Counted from the stretch's first letter, positions 9,504 through 19,606 are shown. The stretch is 38,705 bases of DNA from an uncultured Deinococcales bacterium (GCA_964244895.1 CAXTKV010000021.1:1-38705), one strand, 5' to 3'. Notes: generated from the letters alone by a model not told the origin. Numbers and translations are program-made.

Positions 9504-10256
9504 TCAGAACAACGCCGCCTGAGCCTCTTTCTTGGGTACCTCCGGCAGCGCGCTCAACTCCACGAACTCGAGCCCGGATTTTTCAAGCACACTGCGGGCA
9601 GGTTTGCTGATGCTGGGTGCGGCCAGGATGCCGCGCACCTCGCCGGGAACCTGATCGCGCACGGCGCTGACGTAACGCTCGAGCTGATGCACGGCTTCCT
9701 GTGTGGCCTTGCCGCGTTTGACTTCGACCACGACGTAGCGCCCCTGTTCGTCCATGGCGTACAGGTCGATGCCGCCCACGCCGACCAGCAACTCGCGCTC
9801 CAGAACCCGCAATCCGGTTTCGATCGCGTTCGGGTTTTCGGCCAGGCGCGTGTGCATCTGGGCTTCGGAACCGTGCAACTGGAAAACCTTCTCGTCGCGG
9901 AGTTCCAACGCCATCACCAGGGAGGTTTTTCTGAAGGTGATCTGCACCAGTTCGTCCGGTTTGAAGCGTTCCGCCATCAGCATCACGCGGTCGTCCTCGT
10001 CGCGGGTGACGCGCAGATCGTCCGTGCGCGGTTGCCAGTTGATCGGTTTGACGCCGCGCGCGCCGTGAACTTGCAGGCTGCCGTCCGACTTGATGATCAC
10101 GATGTAATCTCCGGCTTCGGTCAGGCTGGCGGCCCGTCCGACGTAGACGATCTCGCATTCGGCGGCGATCTGCACGAGCTTTTTCGCGTGCAGGTGCGCG
10201 CGCAGGAAGTCTTCCAGGTCGCGCAAACCGGGTTGCTCGAGGACGACGGGGTTCAC
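9504..10256 (-). CDS. nucS: Endonuclease NucS/EndoMS
   Basis: CEIVYVGRA, IIKSDGSLQVH, KPINWQP, SEAQM, GIDLYA...VVVEVKR...AVHQLERY, RGILAAPSI; TAGCCT-N6-GTG leaderless promoter. Confidence 0.92.
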   Translation of the reverse strand: MNPVVLEQPGLRDLEDFLRAHLHAKKLVQIAAECEIVYVGRAASLTEAGDYIVIIKSDGSLQVHGARGVKPINWQPRTDDLRVTRDEDDRVMLMAERFKPDELVQITFRKTSLVMALELRDEKVFQLHGSEAQMHTRLAENPNAIETGLRVLERELLVGVGGIDLYAMDEQGRYVVVEVKRGKATQEAVHQLERYVSAVRDQVPGEVRGILAAPSISKPARSVLEKSGLEFVELSALPEVPKKEAQAALF

Positions 10257-10338
10257 GCCCTCAGGCTACCGCGCGCTGCAGCGGGACTCAATCGGGCGCT
10301 CGAGCAGGTTCAGGCTCGAGCGGTGACGGAGCGTGCCC

Positions 10339-10399
10339 AAGAAAACACCGTCCAGCACGCCGTTTTTTGATGCTCAGGAATCGTGCGCTGGACGGTCTT
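10339..10399. repeat. Palindromic repeat family copy
   Basis: AAGAAAACACCGTCCAGCACGC ... GCGCTGGACGGTCTT. Confidence 0.78.
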
Positions 10400-10754
10400 A
10401 TTTTTTGGTCGGGCTGAGAATCATGATTTCGTCGATGAATTCCTCGAGCATGGTCGGCATCCTGACCGGGTTGAGCATCAGGTCGAGCGCCGCGAACACG
10501 TCGGGATCGCAGTCGGCCACGAAACGGTAGCGGTGTGATCCGTCCGATTTGCGCAGTGAAGCGAGCTTGCGGACTTCCAACGGGAAGTCCACCACGATCG
10601 TCAGCGTGCCGTGCCCGCGCGCGATGCGCTCGTTGTTTTGCAGCATGAATTCGCCGTGCACCTCGCCCTTCAGGGGATCGAGCGAGGTGATTTGACCATC
10701 CACCACCCAGTAAGTGACGGTGTCGGCGCGAATTGAAGAACCGTTCAACCTCAT
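10398..10754 (-). CDS. Hypothetical protein (start uncertain, ORF open to 10826)
   Basis: Protein-like composition; no motif recognised. Confidence 0.55.
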   Translation of the reverse strand: MRLNGSSIRADTVTYWVVDGQITSLDPLKGEVHGEFMLQNNERIARGHGTLTIVVDFPLEVRKLASLRKSDGSHRYRFVADCDPDVFAALDLMLNPVRMPTMLEEFIDEIMILSPTKK

Positions 10755-10901
10755 CGGCACAAGAGTCTCACTGTTTATGCGTCCTGTCCGGTCAAATCCG
10801 ACACGAGAAGACTTTACAAGACGCACTTTTTGGGCTGGTCGGGTCGCATTCGATTCGATTGGCGGGTCGCATTCGATTTGTCTGCACGGTAGACTCGGTG
10901 C

Positions 10902-11480
10902 ATGAAATTCGATTCAGCCACCAAAGCCGAACTGGAGGCGGGCGTCAGCCAATCCCGGCTGGCGCAACTCGCGGAACTTTCGGCCTCTACGCTGCGCGGT
11001 TACGAAAAAGAGGGTCTGATCCCGACCCGAAGCCTGGGCGGCAAGAAACTCTACGACCAGAGCGCCCTGGCCGCGCTCGAGACGATCAAGGCTTTGCGCG
11101 CCGAGGGTTTGAGCCTCGGTGAGATCTTTGAGCGCCTGAAAACCCCGGACTCGAGCCCGATTGTTGACGCCGCGTCCGCGACCGACGCGCCCGTTCTCGC
11201 CCAGACTGAGGCCGAATTGCGCGCCCAGATCGAGGGTCTGCGCGCCCAGTTGCAGGCTGAACGCGCCAAGATCGAGCAGCTTTCAAACCAGGTCGAGACG
11301 CGCGTGGTCAGGCGGCGCAACGAACTGGTGCTGACCAAAAAAGAACTCGAGGAACTCGAGCGAATGCGCGAATCGAACGTCAAACGCGCCGTGGCCGTCA
11401 CCCGCCGCGCCACCGCGTTGCGCTACAGCGCGACCCGTCCGGGCGTGATTTTATTCGACCCCAAAAAACCCCGAAAGTAA
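10902..11480 (+). CDS. MerR-family HTH protein with C-terminal coiled coil
   Basis: LAELSASTLRGYEKEGLIP...LYD...IKALRAEGLSLGEI; TAGACT-N6-ATG leaderless promoter. Confidence 0.85.
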   Translation: MKFDSATKAELEAGVSQSRLAQLAELSASTLRGYEKEGLIPTRSLGGKKLYDQSALAALETIKALRAEGLSLGEIFERLKTPDSSPIVDAASATDAPVLAQTEAELRAQIEGLRAQLQAERAKIEQLSNQVETRVVRRRNELVLTKKELEELERMRESNVKRAVAVTRRATALRYSATRPGVILFDPKKPRK

Positions 11481-11493
11481 CGCGTGCGCGCCC

Positions 11494-11523
11494 AAGAATA
11501 CCGTTCAGAACGGTTTTCTTTTC
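11494..11523. terminator. Repeat-family hairpin between convergent genes, probable terminator
   Basis: AAGAATACCGTTC-A-GAACGGTTTTCTT followed by T-rich run. Confidence 0.6.
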
Positions 11524-11547
11524 ATTCCCAGAAGGCCGCGCGAGACG

Positions 11548-11895
11548 CTAGTTCAGATCGCGTTCGCCGTAGTACGGGCAAGCTCGAGAAACGCGGCTCG
11601 AACCGGGACAGCGCACGTTGCGGGCGCGAAGGGCGCGCACCTGGGCGTCGTTGAGCGCGTCACCGCAGGCCGGGCAGATGGTGCTCTGGCTCTGGCGCGG
11701 CGCGACATCCACCACGCGCGGGTCGCGGTTGGCGCGCGTGGGTCGGGCCGGATCGAACCCCGAACGGCGCGCCGTTTCGACCAGTTCGCGCGCCTGACGG
11801 TAGGCGCGCCTGACGGGCCGGGTGAAGCCGCGCAGCCAGTACGCCAGCCCCGCCAGCACCAGCACCCCGAGAACGATCTGAAAGGCGATACCCAC
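11548..11895 (-). CDS. Small membrane-anchored protein with putative Zn-binding Cys motif
   Basis: N-terminal TM; CPAC...CPG...CPY; TAGAAT-N6-GTG leaderless promoter. Confidence 0.75.
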   Translation of the reverse strand: MGIAFQIVLGVLVLAGLAYWLRGFTRPVRRAYRQARELVETARRSGFDPARPTRANRDPRVVDVAPRQSQSTICPACGDALNDAQVRALRARNVRCPGSSRVSRACPYYGERDLN

Positions 11896-12096
11896 GTTTC
11901 GATTCTACGCTCGGTCTGCGATCAATCCCGTGCGCGATCTGACGTTTGATTCCGGGGGACTCCACCGGGGTTCTATCGTGCGAGAAAGAGCCGTACCGCA
12001 AGGTGAATGCGTGACCGATACCGAAGTCTCGGATCAAAGATGATCTGTGTGTCAGGTGGGATTCCACGCGGACGAGCGTCCTATACTGGGCGCTCT

Positions 12097-12154
12097 GAAC
12101 CGCGTACACGCCGAGTACACGAACCGCGTACACGCCGGGTACACGAACCACGAA
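12097..12154 (+). repeat. 2.4 x 24-bp tandem repeat in the pepF leader
   Basis: GAACCGCGTACACGCCG(A/G)GTACAC twice plus a partial copy, just after TATACT (12082-12087). Confidence 0.85.
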
Positions 12155-12178
12155 AGCCCCGCATCTCAAGGAGCCCGA

Positions 12179-13990
12179 ATGACCGCGATCACGGAACGAC
12201 TGCCACACTGGGACACGAAAAGCCTTTATCCATCGCTCGACTCGCCCGAGTTCGCGGCGGCGATGGAGGACGTGCTGAACCGCATTTCTGGCCTCGAGCA
12301 ACTTTTCGAGCGCCACGGTGTTCAGGGTCAGCCTTCCGCAAGCGCGGACTCGAGCGCGTTCGAGATCGTCCTGAACGACTGGAACGCGCTGATGGACAGC
12401 ATGCGAACCGTGCGTTCCTACATCGCGTGTTTCACCAGCACGGACGCGCGCAACGACGCGGCGCAGGCCAGACTGTCCGAATTGCAGATGGCGGGCGTGC
12501 GCACGGGCAAGCTCGGAACCAGGTTCGAGGCGTGGCTGGGATCGCTCGAGCTGGACGGGTTGTTGCAGACTTCAAAACTGGCCCGAGATCACCGCTACGC
12601 CCTCGAAAAAGCGAACTTCGGCGCGAGACACCAGATGAGCCCCGCAGAGGAAGACCTGGCCTCGAGCCTGTCCACCACGGGCTCGAGCGCCTGGAGCAAG
12701 CTGCATGGCAACCTCACCGCGCGCTTGATGGTCAAGGTCGCGCTGCCGGACGGCGACCGAACCATGCCGATGAGCGCCGTGCGCGGCCTGTCCCGCAACG
12801 CCGACCCTGGCGTGCGCGAGGCCGCCTACCGCGCGGAACTCGCGGCCTGGGAAACCGCCGCCGTGCCTCTGGCCGCCGCCATGAACGCCATCAAGGGTGA
12901 GGTCAACGTGCTGAGCGAACGCCGGGGTCACCCGGACGCGCTCAGCACCAGTTTGTTCATCAACAACATCGACGCGGACACGCTCGCGGCCATGCAAGCT
13001 GCCTGCGCCAAGTCGTTTCCAGATTTCCGGCGGTACTTCCGCGCCAAAGGCAAGCTCCTGGGGCGCGAGAATGGTCTGAAGTTTTTTGACCTCTTCGCGC
13101 CCGTCGGGCAGACCTCCAAGAGCTGGTCGTACCCGGAAGCCACCGCATTCATCGTCGAGCAATTCGGCACGTTTTCGGGCCGTCTTTCCGGCTACGCCGC
13201 GCGCGCCTTCAGGGAAAACTGGATCGACGCCGAACCTCGAGACGGCAAGCGCGACGGCGCGTTCTGCATGGGTGTGCGCGCCGACGAATCGCGGATCATG
13301 ATGAATTTCGAGCCGAGCCTGGACAGCGTCAGCACGCTCGCGCACGAGTTGGGCCACGGCTACCACAACCTGAACCTGGTCAACCGCACGCCGACGCAAC
13401 GCGCCACGCCGATGACCCTGGCGGAAACCGCCAGCATCTTCTGCGAGACGATCATCATGAACGCCGCGCTGGAACGCGCCGAGGGCGCTGAAAAATTGGC
13501 CATCCTGGAGAACGATATTCAGGGTCAGGCGCAGGTCGTGGTGGACATCCATTCGCGGTTTTTGTTCGAGTCGCGCATCTTTGAAGCCCGCAAGCGCCGC
13601 GAATTGAGCGTCAACGAACTGAACGAACTGATGTTGGGCGCGCAGCGCGAGACCTACGGAACCTTCCCGGACGGTGGCCTGGACGCGGACGCGCTGCACC
13701 CGTACATGTGGGCCGTCAAGGGCCACTACTATTCCGGCGGGCTGTCTTATTACAACTACCCGTACACCTTCGGCTTGCTGTTCGGGCTGGGGTTGTACGC
13801 GGTTCACAAGCGCGACCCGGAAGCCTTCAAGGCCAACTACGACGACCTGCTCTCGAGCACCGGGCTGGACGATGCGGCCACGCTGGCGCGGCGCTTCGGC
13901 ATCGAGATTCGAGACGAGGCGTTCTGGGCGTCCAGCCTGGACGTGATCCGCGCCCGGATCGACGAATTCGAGCGATTGACGAGCGCGTAG
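12179..13990 (+). CDS. pepF: M3B oligoendopeptidase F
   Basis: HWDTKSLYPS, WIDAEPRDGKRDGAFC, TLAHELGHGYH, TLAETASIFCE, YYNYPYTFG; ATG 12179 after AAGGAG. Confidence 0.92.
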   Translation: MTAITERLPHWDTKSLYPSLDSPEFAAAMEDVLNRISGLEQLFERHGVQGQPSASADSSAFEIVLNDWNALMDSMRTVRSYIACFTSTDARNDAAQARLSELQMAGVRTGKLGTRFEAWLGSLELDGLLQTSKLARDHRYALEKANFGARHQMSPAEEDLASSLSTTGSSAWSKLHGNLTARLMVKVALPDGDRTMPMSAVRGLSRNADPGVREAAYRAELAAWETAAVPLAAAMNAIKGEVNVLSERRGHPDALSTSLFINNIDADTLAAMQAACAKSFPDFRRYFRAKGKLLGRENGLKFFDLFAPVGQTSKSWSYPEATAFIVEQFGTFSGRLSGYAARAFRENWIDAEPRDGKRDGAFCMGVRADESRIMMNFEPSLDSVSTLAHELGHGYHNLNLVNRTPTQRATPMTLAETASIFCETIIMNAALERAEGAEKLAILENDIQGQAQVVVDIHSRFLFESRIFEARKRRELSVNELNELMLGAQRETYGTFPDGGLDADALHPYMWAVKGHYYSGGLSYYNYPYTFGLLFGLGLYAVHKRDPEAFKANYDDLLSSTGLDDAATLARRFGIEIRDEAFWASSLDVIRARIDEFERLTSA

Positions 13991-13999
13991 CTTTTTAGG

Positions 14000-14055
14000 A
14001 ACACCGTCCTGGACGCTGAATTCTGAGGCTCGAGACATGCGTCCAGGACGGTGTT
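14000..14055. repeat. Palindromic repeat family copy (perfect 17-bp inverted arms)
   Basis: AACACCGTCCTGGACGC ... GCGTCCAGGACGGTGTT with CTCGAG in spacer. Confidence 0.9.
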
Positions 14056-14146
14056 ATCGCGGCGGTTCCCTTGGTTAGCGCAGTCGGGAACTCGAGTCTG
14101 TACCTTTCGTCAGGATCATCCCGGAGATGCCCTAGAATCGAGTGGA

Positions 14147-14575
14147 ATGCGACCCCAACCCACCCGTAGAACATCCGTCTCGCCCGCGATCTGGGCTTCG
14201 CTCGGCGCGCTGGTGCTGGTCGTGGTGGGCGCGTGGTGGTTCAGCACTCGAGATACTGCCGTACCCACCAACGGTTTCGACAGCATCGCGCACCATTACG
14301 CCGATCAACTCTTGAGCTTCCAGATCGCGCTGGTCGATAACGCCCAACACTACGAACCCACGCTCGAGGGCCTGCGAACCGGAACCCTGCGGTTGCGCGG
14401 TTCTGGAGCCTGGCCCACCGCACCGGACGGTCTGACGGTGCTCGAGCGCCCGTCCAAGCACACCTTTTGCTTCGCCGTGCGCCACAAAGACGGCGCGCAC
14501 TGGTACGTGATCTACGACGATGTGGGTACGGGCCGCGAGATGCCGGATTCCAAGGAACCCGCCGATTGCCCGTGA
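14147..14575 (+). CDS. Hypothetical membrane-anchored protein
   Basis: N-terminal TM (IWASLGALVLVVVGAWW), two Cys; TAGAAT upstream of ATG 14147. Confidence 0.6.
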   Translation: MRPQPTRRTSVSPAIWASLGALVLVVVGAWWFSTRDTAVPTNGFDSIAHHYADQLLSFQIALVDNAQHYEPTLEGLRTGTLRLRGSGAWPTAPDGLTVLERPSKHTFCFAVRHKDGAHWYVIYDDVGTGREMPDSKEPADCP

Positions 14576-14617
14576 CGGCGGGGCGCCCCGAATTTGCTGA
14601 AGGCCCGTTTCTCGAGT

Positions 14618-15073
14618 TCAGCCGTTGAGCGACGCAATGATGGCGATGATCGCGCCGATCTCCCAGAGTGCGCTGAACACCAGCAGCCACACCCCGATGG
14701 TTTGCGTGTGCTTCCTGAGATAGACCTCGGTCGGTTTGTCCGGGTTGTACCAGGCGATCACGTCGTCGGGAATCTCTGCGAGCTTTTGTTCGGCGACGGA
14801 ATGTTTATAAGGCGAGTACGCGAACGAGATCTTGTTGCCCACCAACTCGGTGCCATCGACGGTGTAGCGGTAGCGAACGCGCGGCACGTAACCGCCGCCG
14901 CTGCCGAACAGCCCGGTGACGGTACTGCTGGTGTAATCTCGCACGACCTCGCGCTCGATGATTTTTCCGGGTGCGCTCCGAAAGTGGCGCATGCGGCGCG
15001 CCAAAGAGACGTAACTCCAGCCGGCGACGGTGAACCCGATGCCGAGCAACAGGGCAAACAGTCCGACGAGCAT
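14618..15073 (-). CDS. DUF3592 family membrane protein
   Basis: TM - G-x-I...YVPRVRYRYTVDG...WYNPDKP - TM; TATACT-N7-ATG. Confidence 0.8.
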   Translation of the reverse strand: MLVGLFALLLGIGFTVAGWSYVSLARRMRHFRSAPGKIIEREVVRDYTSSTVTGLFGSGGGYVPRVRYRYTVDGTELVGNKISFAYSPYKHSVAEQKLAEIPDDVIAWYNPDKPTEVYLRKHTQTIGVWLLVFSALWEIGAIIAIIASLNG

Positions 15074-15237
15074 GGCCTGGAGTATACGGTGGCGGCTCGA
15101 GCGGGTCGTTTCTTTCTCGAGAAGACCGTGTCAGACGTTGTTACCGCGCCGAAAGCACAAAATAAAGCGTCCTGGACGAATTTTTCGTCGCTCCAAAAAC
15201 GATCTGGAGCCCGATTCCGGTTTCTGGGGCGCGTTTT

Positions 15238-16419
15238 TTAAGGCGCGTCCGGTTTGAAATCCTTGCCCACGCGAATGGTTAAATCCGCGCCCAGCACGCC
15301 CTCGCCGCTGACCAGCGCCTCGCCCAGACCCAGGGCGGTGCTGACCAGTTTGGCTTCCTCAGCCGATGCTGACAGGATCTGCGTTTTGCTCGGATCGCCG
15401 CCCGTGGCGTCGGAAATCCAGACGTTGCGGAACCCCTGCGCACGCAATTTGGCCTGAGCCGCGCGCGCCAGGCCGCGAATGCCGGTCGTGTTGACGACGG
15501 CGATGGACAGCTCGCGCACGTTCCGTACCGGCGATTGCACCGCGCCGCGCAGGTGGCTGGCGGCCATCTGTTCCACGTTGGCGCGGTCGGGAATCCAGTA
15601 CGAGACGCCGCCCAGGTAGCCGAAATCGCCCGGCAGCAACAGCGTGTCCGTGCGCGGTCGGGTCATCAAAAAACCGAAGGCCGCGCCGGATTCGCGGCGG
15701 CTCAGGTTGGTGCGGGTGTTCTTCTCGATCACCTGGGCGACCTGCGGTAATCGCGCCCAGGCGGCGGGTTGGCGCAGTTTTTCCAGCAGCGCACGGTAGA
15801 AGGCCTGCTGGCGTTGCACGCGCCCGATATCGCCCAGGTTGTCGTAACGAAAGCGCAGGTAGCCTTCGGCCTGCTGGCCGTTCAGCACCTGAAGGCCGGG
15901 TTTCAGATCGATCTTGAGCTTGGCGGCGTTGTCGGTGTACTCCATGCGTTGCGGCACGTAGACTTCCACCCCGCCGAGCGCGTCCACCAGTTCCTTGGTG
16001 CCGTCAATGGAGACCAGCAAGTACCCGTCGAGCTTGATGCCCAGGAGCCCTTCGACCGCGCGTACGCTGGCGTCTGGGCCGTCCAGGATGGCGGCGTTGA
16101 TCTTGGCGTTGGCGGTGTACTCGGGTCGGACTTTGGTGTCGCGCGGGACGTTCAACAGTTTCAACGCTTTTTGTTGCGGGTTGAGTTGCACCACGATCAT
16201 CGTGTCCGTCAAACCCCTGGTGAAATCGTCGTCGGTCGCGGCGCGCGTGTGGTAGCCCTTGTAGGCGTGCCCGACGCCCGCCACCAGGATCGTCACGGGT
16301 TCTTTTGGTGAAACCGGGAAGGCCGCGAAGCGCGACAGGATCGGCAAGGCGGGCGCCAGCCAGACGATCAGCGCACCCAGGCCCAGCACCAGCAGCACTC
16401 CGATGACTTTCTTCAGCAT
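15238..16419 (-). CDS. LytR-CpsA-Psr (LCP) family protein with LytR_C domain
   Basis: GLTDTMIV, NVPRDT, KINAA, LVDALGGVEV, YLRFRYDNLGDIGRVQRQQ, C-terminal VVNTTGIRGLA...LTIRVGKDF. Confidence 0.92.
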   Translation of the reverse strand: MLKKVIGVLLVLGLGALIVWLAPALPILSRFAAFPVSPKEPVTILVAGVGHAYKGYHTRAATDDDFTRGLTDTMIVVQLNPQQKALKLLNVPRDTKVRPEYTANAKINAAILDGPDASVRAVEGLLGIKLDGYLLVSIDGTKELVDALGGVEVYVPQRMEYTDNAAKLKIDLKPGLQVLNGQQAEGYLRFRYDNLGDIGRVQRQQAFYRALLEKLRQPAAWARLPQVAQVIEKNTRTNLSRRESGAAFGFLMTRPRTDTLLLPGDFGYLGGVSYWIPDRANVEQMAASHLRGAVQSPVRNVRELSIAVVNTTGIRGLARAAQAKLRAQGFRNVWISDATGGDPSKTQILSASAEEAKLVSTALGLGEALVSGEGVLGADLTIRVGKDFKPDAP

Positions 16420-16599
16420 TCGCCCTCGAGAACGCGCTTTTCGCGCGGTTGCCGTGAGTTTAGCGCAGGTCGGATGAGACGAGCGTGATGATCGGGCCCG
16501 GCGCGTGCGGTGATTGTTCCCGTCGCGAGGCTTTACGGATTCCACGGCGCGAGCCTTCTCGGCAAACCAACCTCCCAGATGCCTCAGGTTGACCAACAA

Positions 16600-16664
16600 G
16601 AGAAAACACCGTCCAGGACGGTGTTTTCTCGAGGTTCAGGATTTGCGTGTAGGACGGTGTTCTT
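16600..16664. repeat. Palindromic repeat family copy (31-bp palindrome plus third arm)
   Basis: GAGAAAACACCGTCC-A-GGACGGTGTTTTCTC ... GCGTGTAGGACGGTGTTCTT. Confidence 0.9.
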
Positions 16665-16679
16665 GCTTATGGCCCGCTT

Positions 16680-17621
16680 CTAAAACGAGCGGTCTCGAAT
16701 ATGCCCGAGTGAAACGCGGTTCGAGCTGCGGGTGTTGTAGCGCCAGCGCTTTTGCCATGTCGCCGATGTCTTTCCCGTCACCAGCGCTGCGCCGAGCAGA
16801 ATCACGCCGCAGGACAAGACTTTTTCGAGGGTGATCGCTTCGTGCAGCAGAAGGGCGCCCCAGGCGACACCAAAAACCGGAACCAGCAACCCGACGACCG
16901 ATGTGCGCGACGCGCCCAACGTCACCACGAGCGGCAGGAACAGCAGGTAGGCCAGCGCCGTGCAGGCCAGCGCCAACGCCAGCAGGCATGCGATCACGAT
17001 CGTGTCCGGTGCCGAACGGATCGGGTTCCACGGTGCGAGCGGCGCGAGGCTGAGGCTCGAGGTCAGGAGCGCTCCGGTCACCATCCCGATGGGTGGTGCG
17101 CCCTGGAGTTTTGCTTTGGTGATGTTCGCGGCCAGCCCGTAAGAGAACGCGGCCAGGAGCAGGGCCAGCACCGAGAGAACCGTGTTCAACCCAGGTTCGA
17201 GCGGACTCCAGCCCACCAGCAACGCGACGCCCAGAATGCCGAGCGCGAGGCCAGCAAAACGCCGCAGGGTGAACGCGTCACCGAACCAGAGCGCCGCGAT
17301 CAGCACCGTCCAGAACGAAACGGTCGCGTTCAGAATGGCCGACATCGAAGCGCTCAACGTCAGTTCCGCGAACGAGATCAGCACGAATGGGAGGCCGCTG
17401 TTGAGCAAACCCACCAGCGCGATCCAGCCTCCAAAGCGCGACCACTCGAGCCGTCGGCGTGCGACCAGCGCGTACGCGAGTAGCATCCCGCCACCGATGG
17501 TCACGCGCAGGAAAGCCGTCATGACCGGACCAAGCACGGGTGAAGTCACGCGCATGAAGATGAAACTGAATCCCCACAGGGCTGCGACCAAGAGCAACTG
17601 GAGTGCGTGAATGGGTTTCAT
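16680..17621 (-). CDS. DMT/EamA family transporter
   Basis: About 10 TMs; ALWGFSFIFMR, NSGLPFVLISFAE, SAILNAT, PVFGVAWGALLLHE. Confidence 0.9.
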   Translation of the reverse strand: MKPIHALQLLLVAALWGFSFIFMRVTSPVLGPVMTAFLRVTIGGGMLLAYALVARRRLEWSRFGGWIALVGLLNSGLPFVLISFAELTLSASMSAILNATVSFWTVLIAALWFGDAFTLRRFAGLALGILGVALLVGWSPLEPGLNTVLSVLALLLAAFSYGLAANITKAKLQGAPPIGMVTGALLTSSLSLAPLAPWNPIRSAPDTIVIACLLALALACTALAYLLFLPLVVTLGASRTSVVGLLVPVFGVAWGALLLHEAITLEKVLSCGVILLGAALVTGKTSATWQKRWRYNTRSSNRVSLGHIRDRSF

Positions 17622-17638
17622 GGTCAATCCTTTCTGGC

Positions 17639-18061
17639 TCACATCCGAAAGGCGATCTGCATTCGGTTCCAGGCGTTGACCGCGATCACGGCGTAGGCCA
17701 GGTCCACCAGTTCCTCCTCTGAGAATTGCGCTCGAGCTTGGGCGTAGACCTCGTCTGGAACCTGCGAACTGGCCACCTGGGTCAGCGCTTCGGCCCACTC
17801 GAGCGCCGCCCGTTCGCGCTGGCTGAAAACCTTCGCCAGACGCCAGGCGCTCAGGAGATGGAGTTTCTCGTGGGTGTGTCCCGCCTCGATCCCGTCTTTG
17901 CTGTGCATCGCGATGCAGTACGTGCAACCATTGATCTGCGAGGCCCGAAGTTTGACCAGCTCGAGCAGGGGTTTCTCGAGGCTGTTCGCGTTAGCGTAAG
18001 CGTCCAGCGCGTTGAGGGCGGCGTAGCCGTCGGCTGCGAATTTGTAAGCGTTCGAGCGCAC
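17639..18061 (-). CDS. Carboxymuconolactone decarboxylase/AhpD-like protein
   Basis: LELVKLRASQINGCTYCIAMH, FSQRERAALEWAE, NAWNR; SD GGAGG. Confidence 0.9.
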   Translation of the reverse strand: MRSNAYKFAADGYAALNALDAYANANSLEKPLLELVKLRASQINGCTYCIAMHSKDGIEAGHTHEKLHLLSAWRLAKVFSQRERAALEWAEALTQVASSQVPDEVYAQARAQFSEEELVDLAYAVIAVNAWNRMQIAFRM

Positions 18062-18139
18062 GATGAATTCCTCCGGAGTTCATTGTGGGCCGATATTGGC
18101 TTATCAGGAAGAGCCAAGATCTGCTAGTTTGGATGAGCC

Positions 18140-19606
18140 ATGATTGATCCCAAGAGCAAGATGGAACTCGATCTGGACGTGTCGGGTTCCGCGCCAATCT
18201 ATCGTCAGATTTACAGCAGCATCGCTCAGGCGGTGTTGGATGGGCGGCTCGCTTCAGGAACGCGCCTCCCTTCGGCCCGAAGCCTTGCAGCTCAACTTTC
18301 GGTAGCTCGAGGAACGGTCGAGATGGCCTACCACCTCTTGGCGGGCGAGGGCTACATTCTGGCCCGTGGTGCGGCGGGGACACGGGTTCGTGCGGGTCTC
18401 AAACGGGCATTGCTCCAGGCTGGCGCCGAGGCTCGATTCAATCGGGAGAACCTACAACTCGAGCATTCGGATACCTTCACCCCGTCGGGAGTGTTCCAGA
18501 TGGGTATTCCGGCGCTCGATTCGTTTCCGCAATCGATCTGGTCGCGCCTTTTATCCCAACAGGCGCGAAAAACGAATCCAACAGACCTGGCGTACCCGCA
18601 CCCGGCGGGTCTCGAGATGTTGCGGGTTCAGGTCGCGGGCTACTTGGCCGTGGCTCGAGGCATCGCCTGCGCGCCAGACGACATCTTGATCACGAACGGT
18701 TATCAGGGCGCACTGGGTTTGATCGCCCATCGCCTGCTTCACCCTGAGGATCGGGTCTGGATGGAAGACCCCGGCTACCCGGATAGTCGGGATGCCATGC
18801 GGCTCGCGGGGGTGAAGGTGATCGGGATGGCGGTAGATCGAAACGGACTCGACGTGCAGCGAGCAATCTCGAGAAACCGTCCTGCGCGGATCGTCATGGT
18901 CACGCCGACACACCACTATCCGACGGGGGTGACGCTCTCGCTCTCGAGACGGATCGAACTGTTGAAGTGGGCTACAGAACATGATGCGTGGATCGTCGAG
19001 GACGATTACGACAGCGAATTCCGGTATCAGGGAAAGCCCGTTCCGGCGCTCAAAAGCCTGGATCGCCACGACTGCGTCGTGTATGCGGGGACGTTCAGTA
19101 AGGTGCTCTCTCCGAGCCTTCGGGTGGGGTATCTGGTGGTTCCGCCGAAGCTCAAACAAGGCCTATGGGAGACCGCCGCGCTTCTCGCGCCACCGCCTCC
19201 CGTGATTGTGCAGGCCACCATCGCAGCCTTTCTCGAGGAGGGTCATTTCGGTCGTCACATCCGACGAATGCGGGCACGGTACGCCGAACGACGAACCGCA
19301 CTCATCCGGGCGTTAGGGCAGGTGAGTTTTGGCCTCAGTATTGAACTTCAACCCGGCGGAATGCACCTGCTGGGGCGGCTACCCAGGGGCACGGACGATG
19401 TTGGCCTCGTTGCGCATTTGAAACTTCAGGGTTTTCGTCCGACCTCGCTCTCCGGTTGCGGGGTCGAAGCCCCTTACAAACCTGGGTTGTTGCTGGGATT
19501 CACCAATGTGGATTCCCGCGATGCATCGGAAGTCGCACGACGTTTGGCAGATGCGGTAAAGGGTTTCTTGGGTGCTAGAATCTCGCGTTCAGGACGGTCT
19601 TCTTAA
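18140..19606 (+). CDS. MocR/GabR-family GntR regulator with PLP domain
   Basis: PIYRQIY...RLPSARSLAAQLSVARGTV, EDPGY, WIVEDDYDSEFRY, GTFSKVLSPSLRVGY; divergent from the CMD/EamA genes. Confidence 0.93.
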   Translation: MIDPKSKMELDLDVSGSAPIYRQIYSSIAQAVLDGRLASGTRLPSARSLAAQLSVARGTVEMAYHLLAGEGYILARGAAGTRVRAGLKRALLQAGAEARFNRENLQLEHSDTFTPSGVFQMGIPALDSFPQSIWSRLLSQQARKTNPTDLAYPHPAGLEMLRVQVAGYLAVARGIACAPDDILITNGYQGALGLIAHRLLHPEDRVWMEDPGYPDSRDAMRLAGVKVIGMAVDRNGLDVQRAISRNRPARIVMVTPTHHYPTGVTLSLSRRIELLKWATEHDAWIVEDDYDSEFRYQGKPVPALKSLDRHDCVVYAGTFSKVLSPSLRVGYLVVPPKLKQGLWETAALLAPPPPVIVQATIAAFLEEGHFGRHIRRMRARYAERRTALIRALGQVSFGLSIELQPGGMHLLGRLPRGTDDVGLVAHLKLQGFRPTSLSGCGVEAPYKPGLLLGFTNVDSRDASEVARRLADAVKGFLGARISRSGRSS

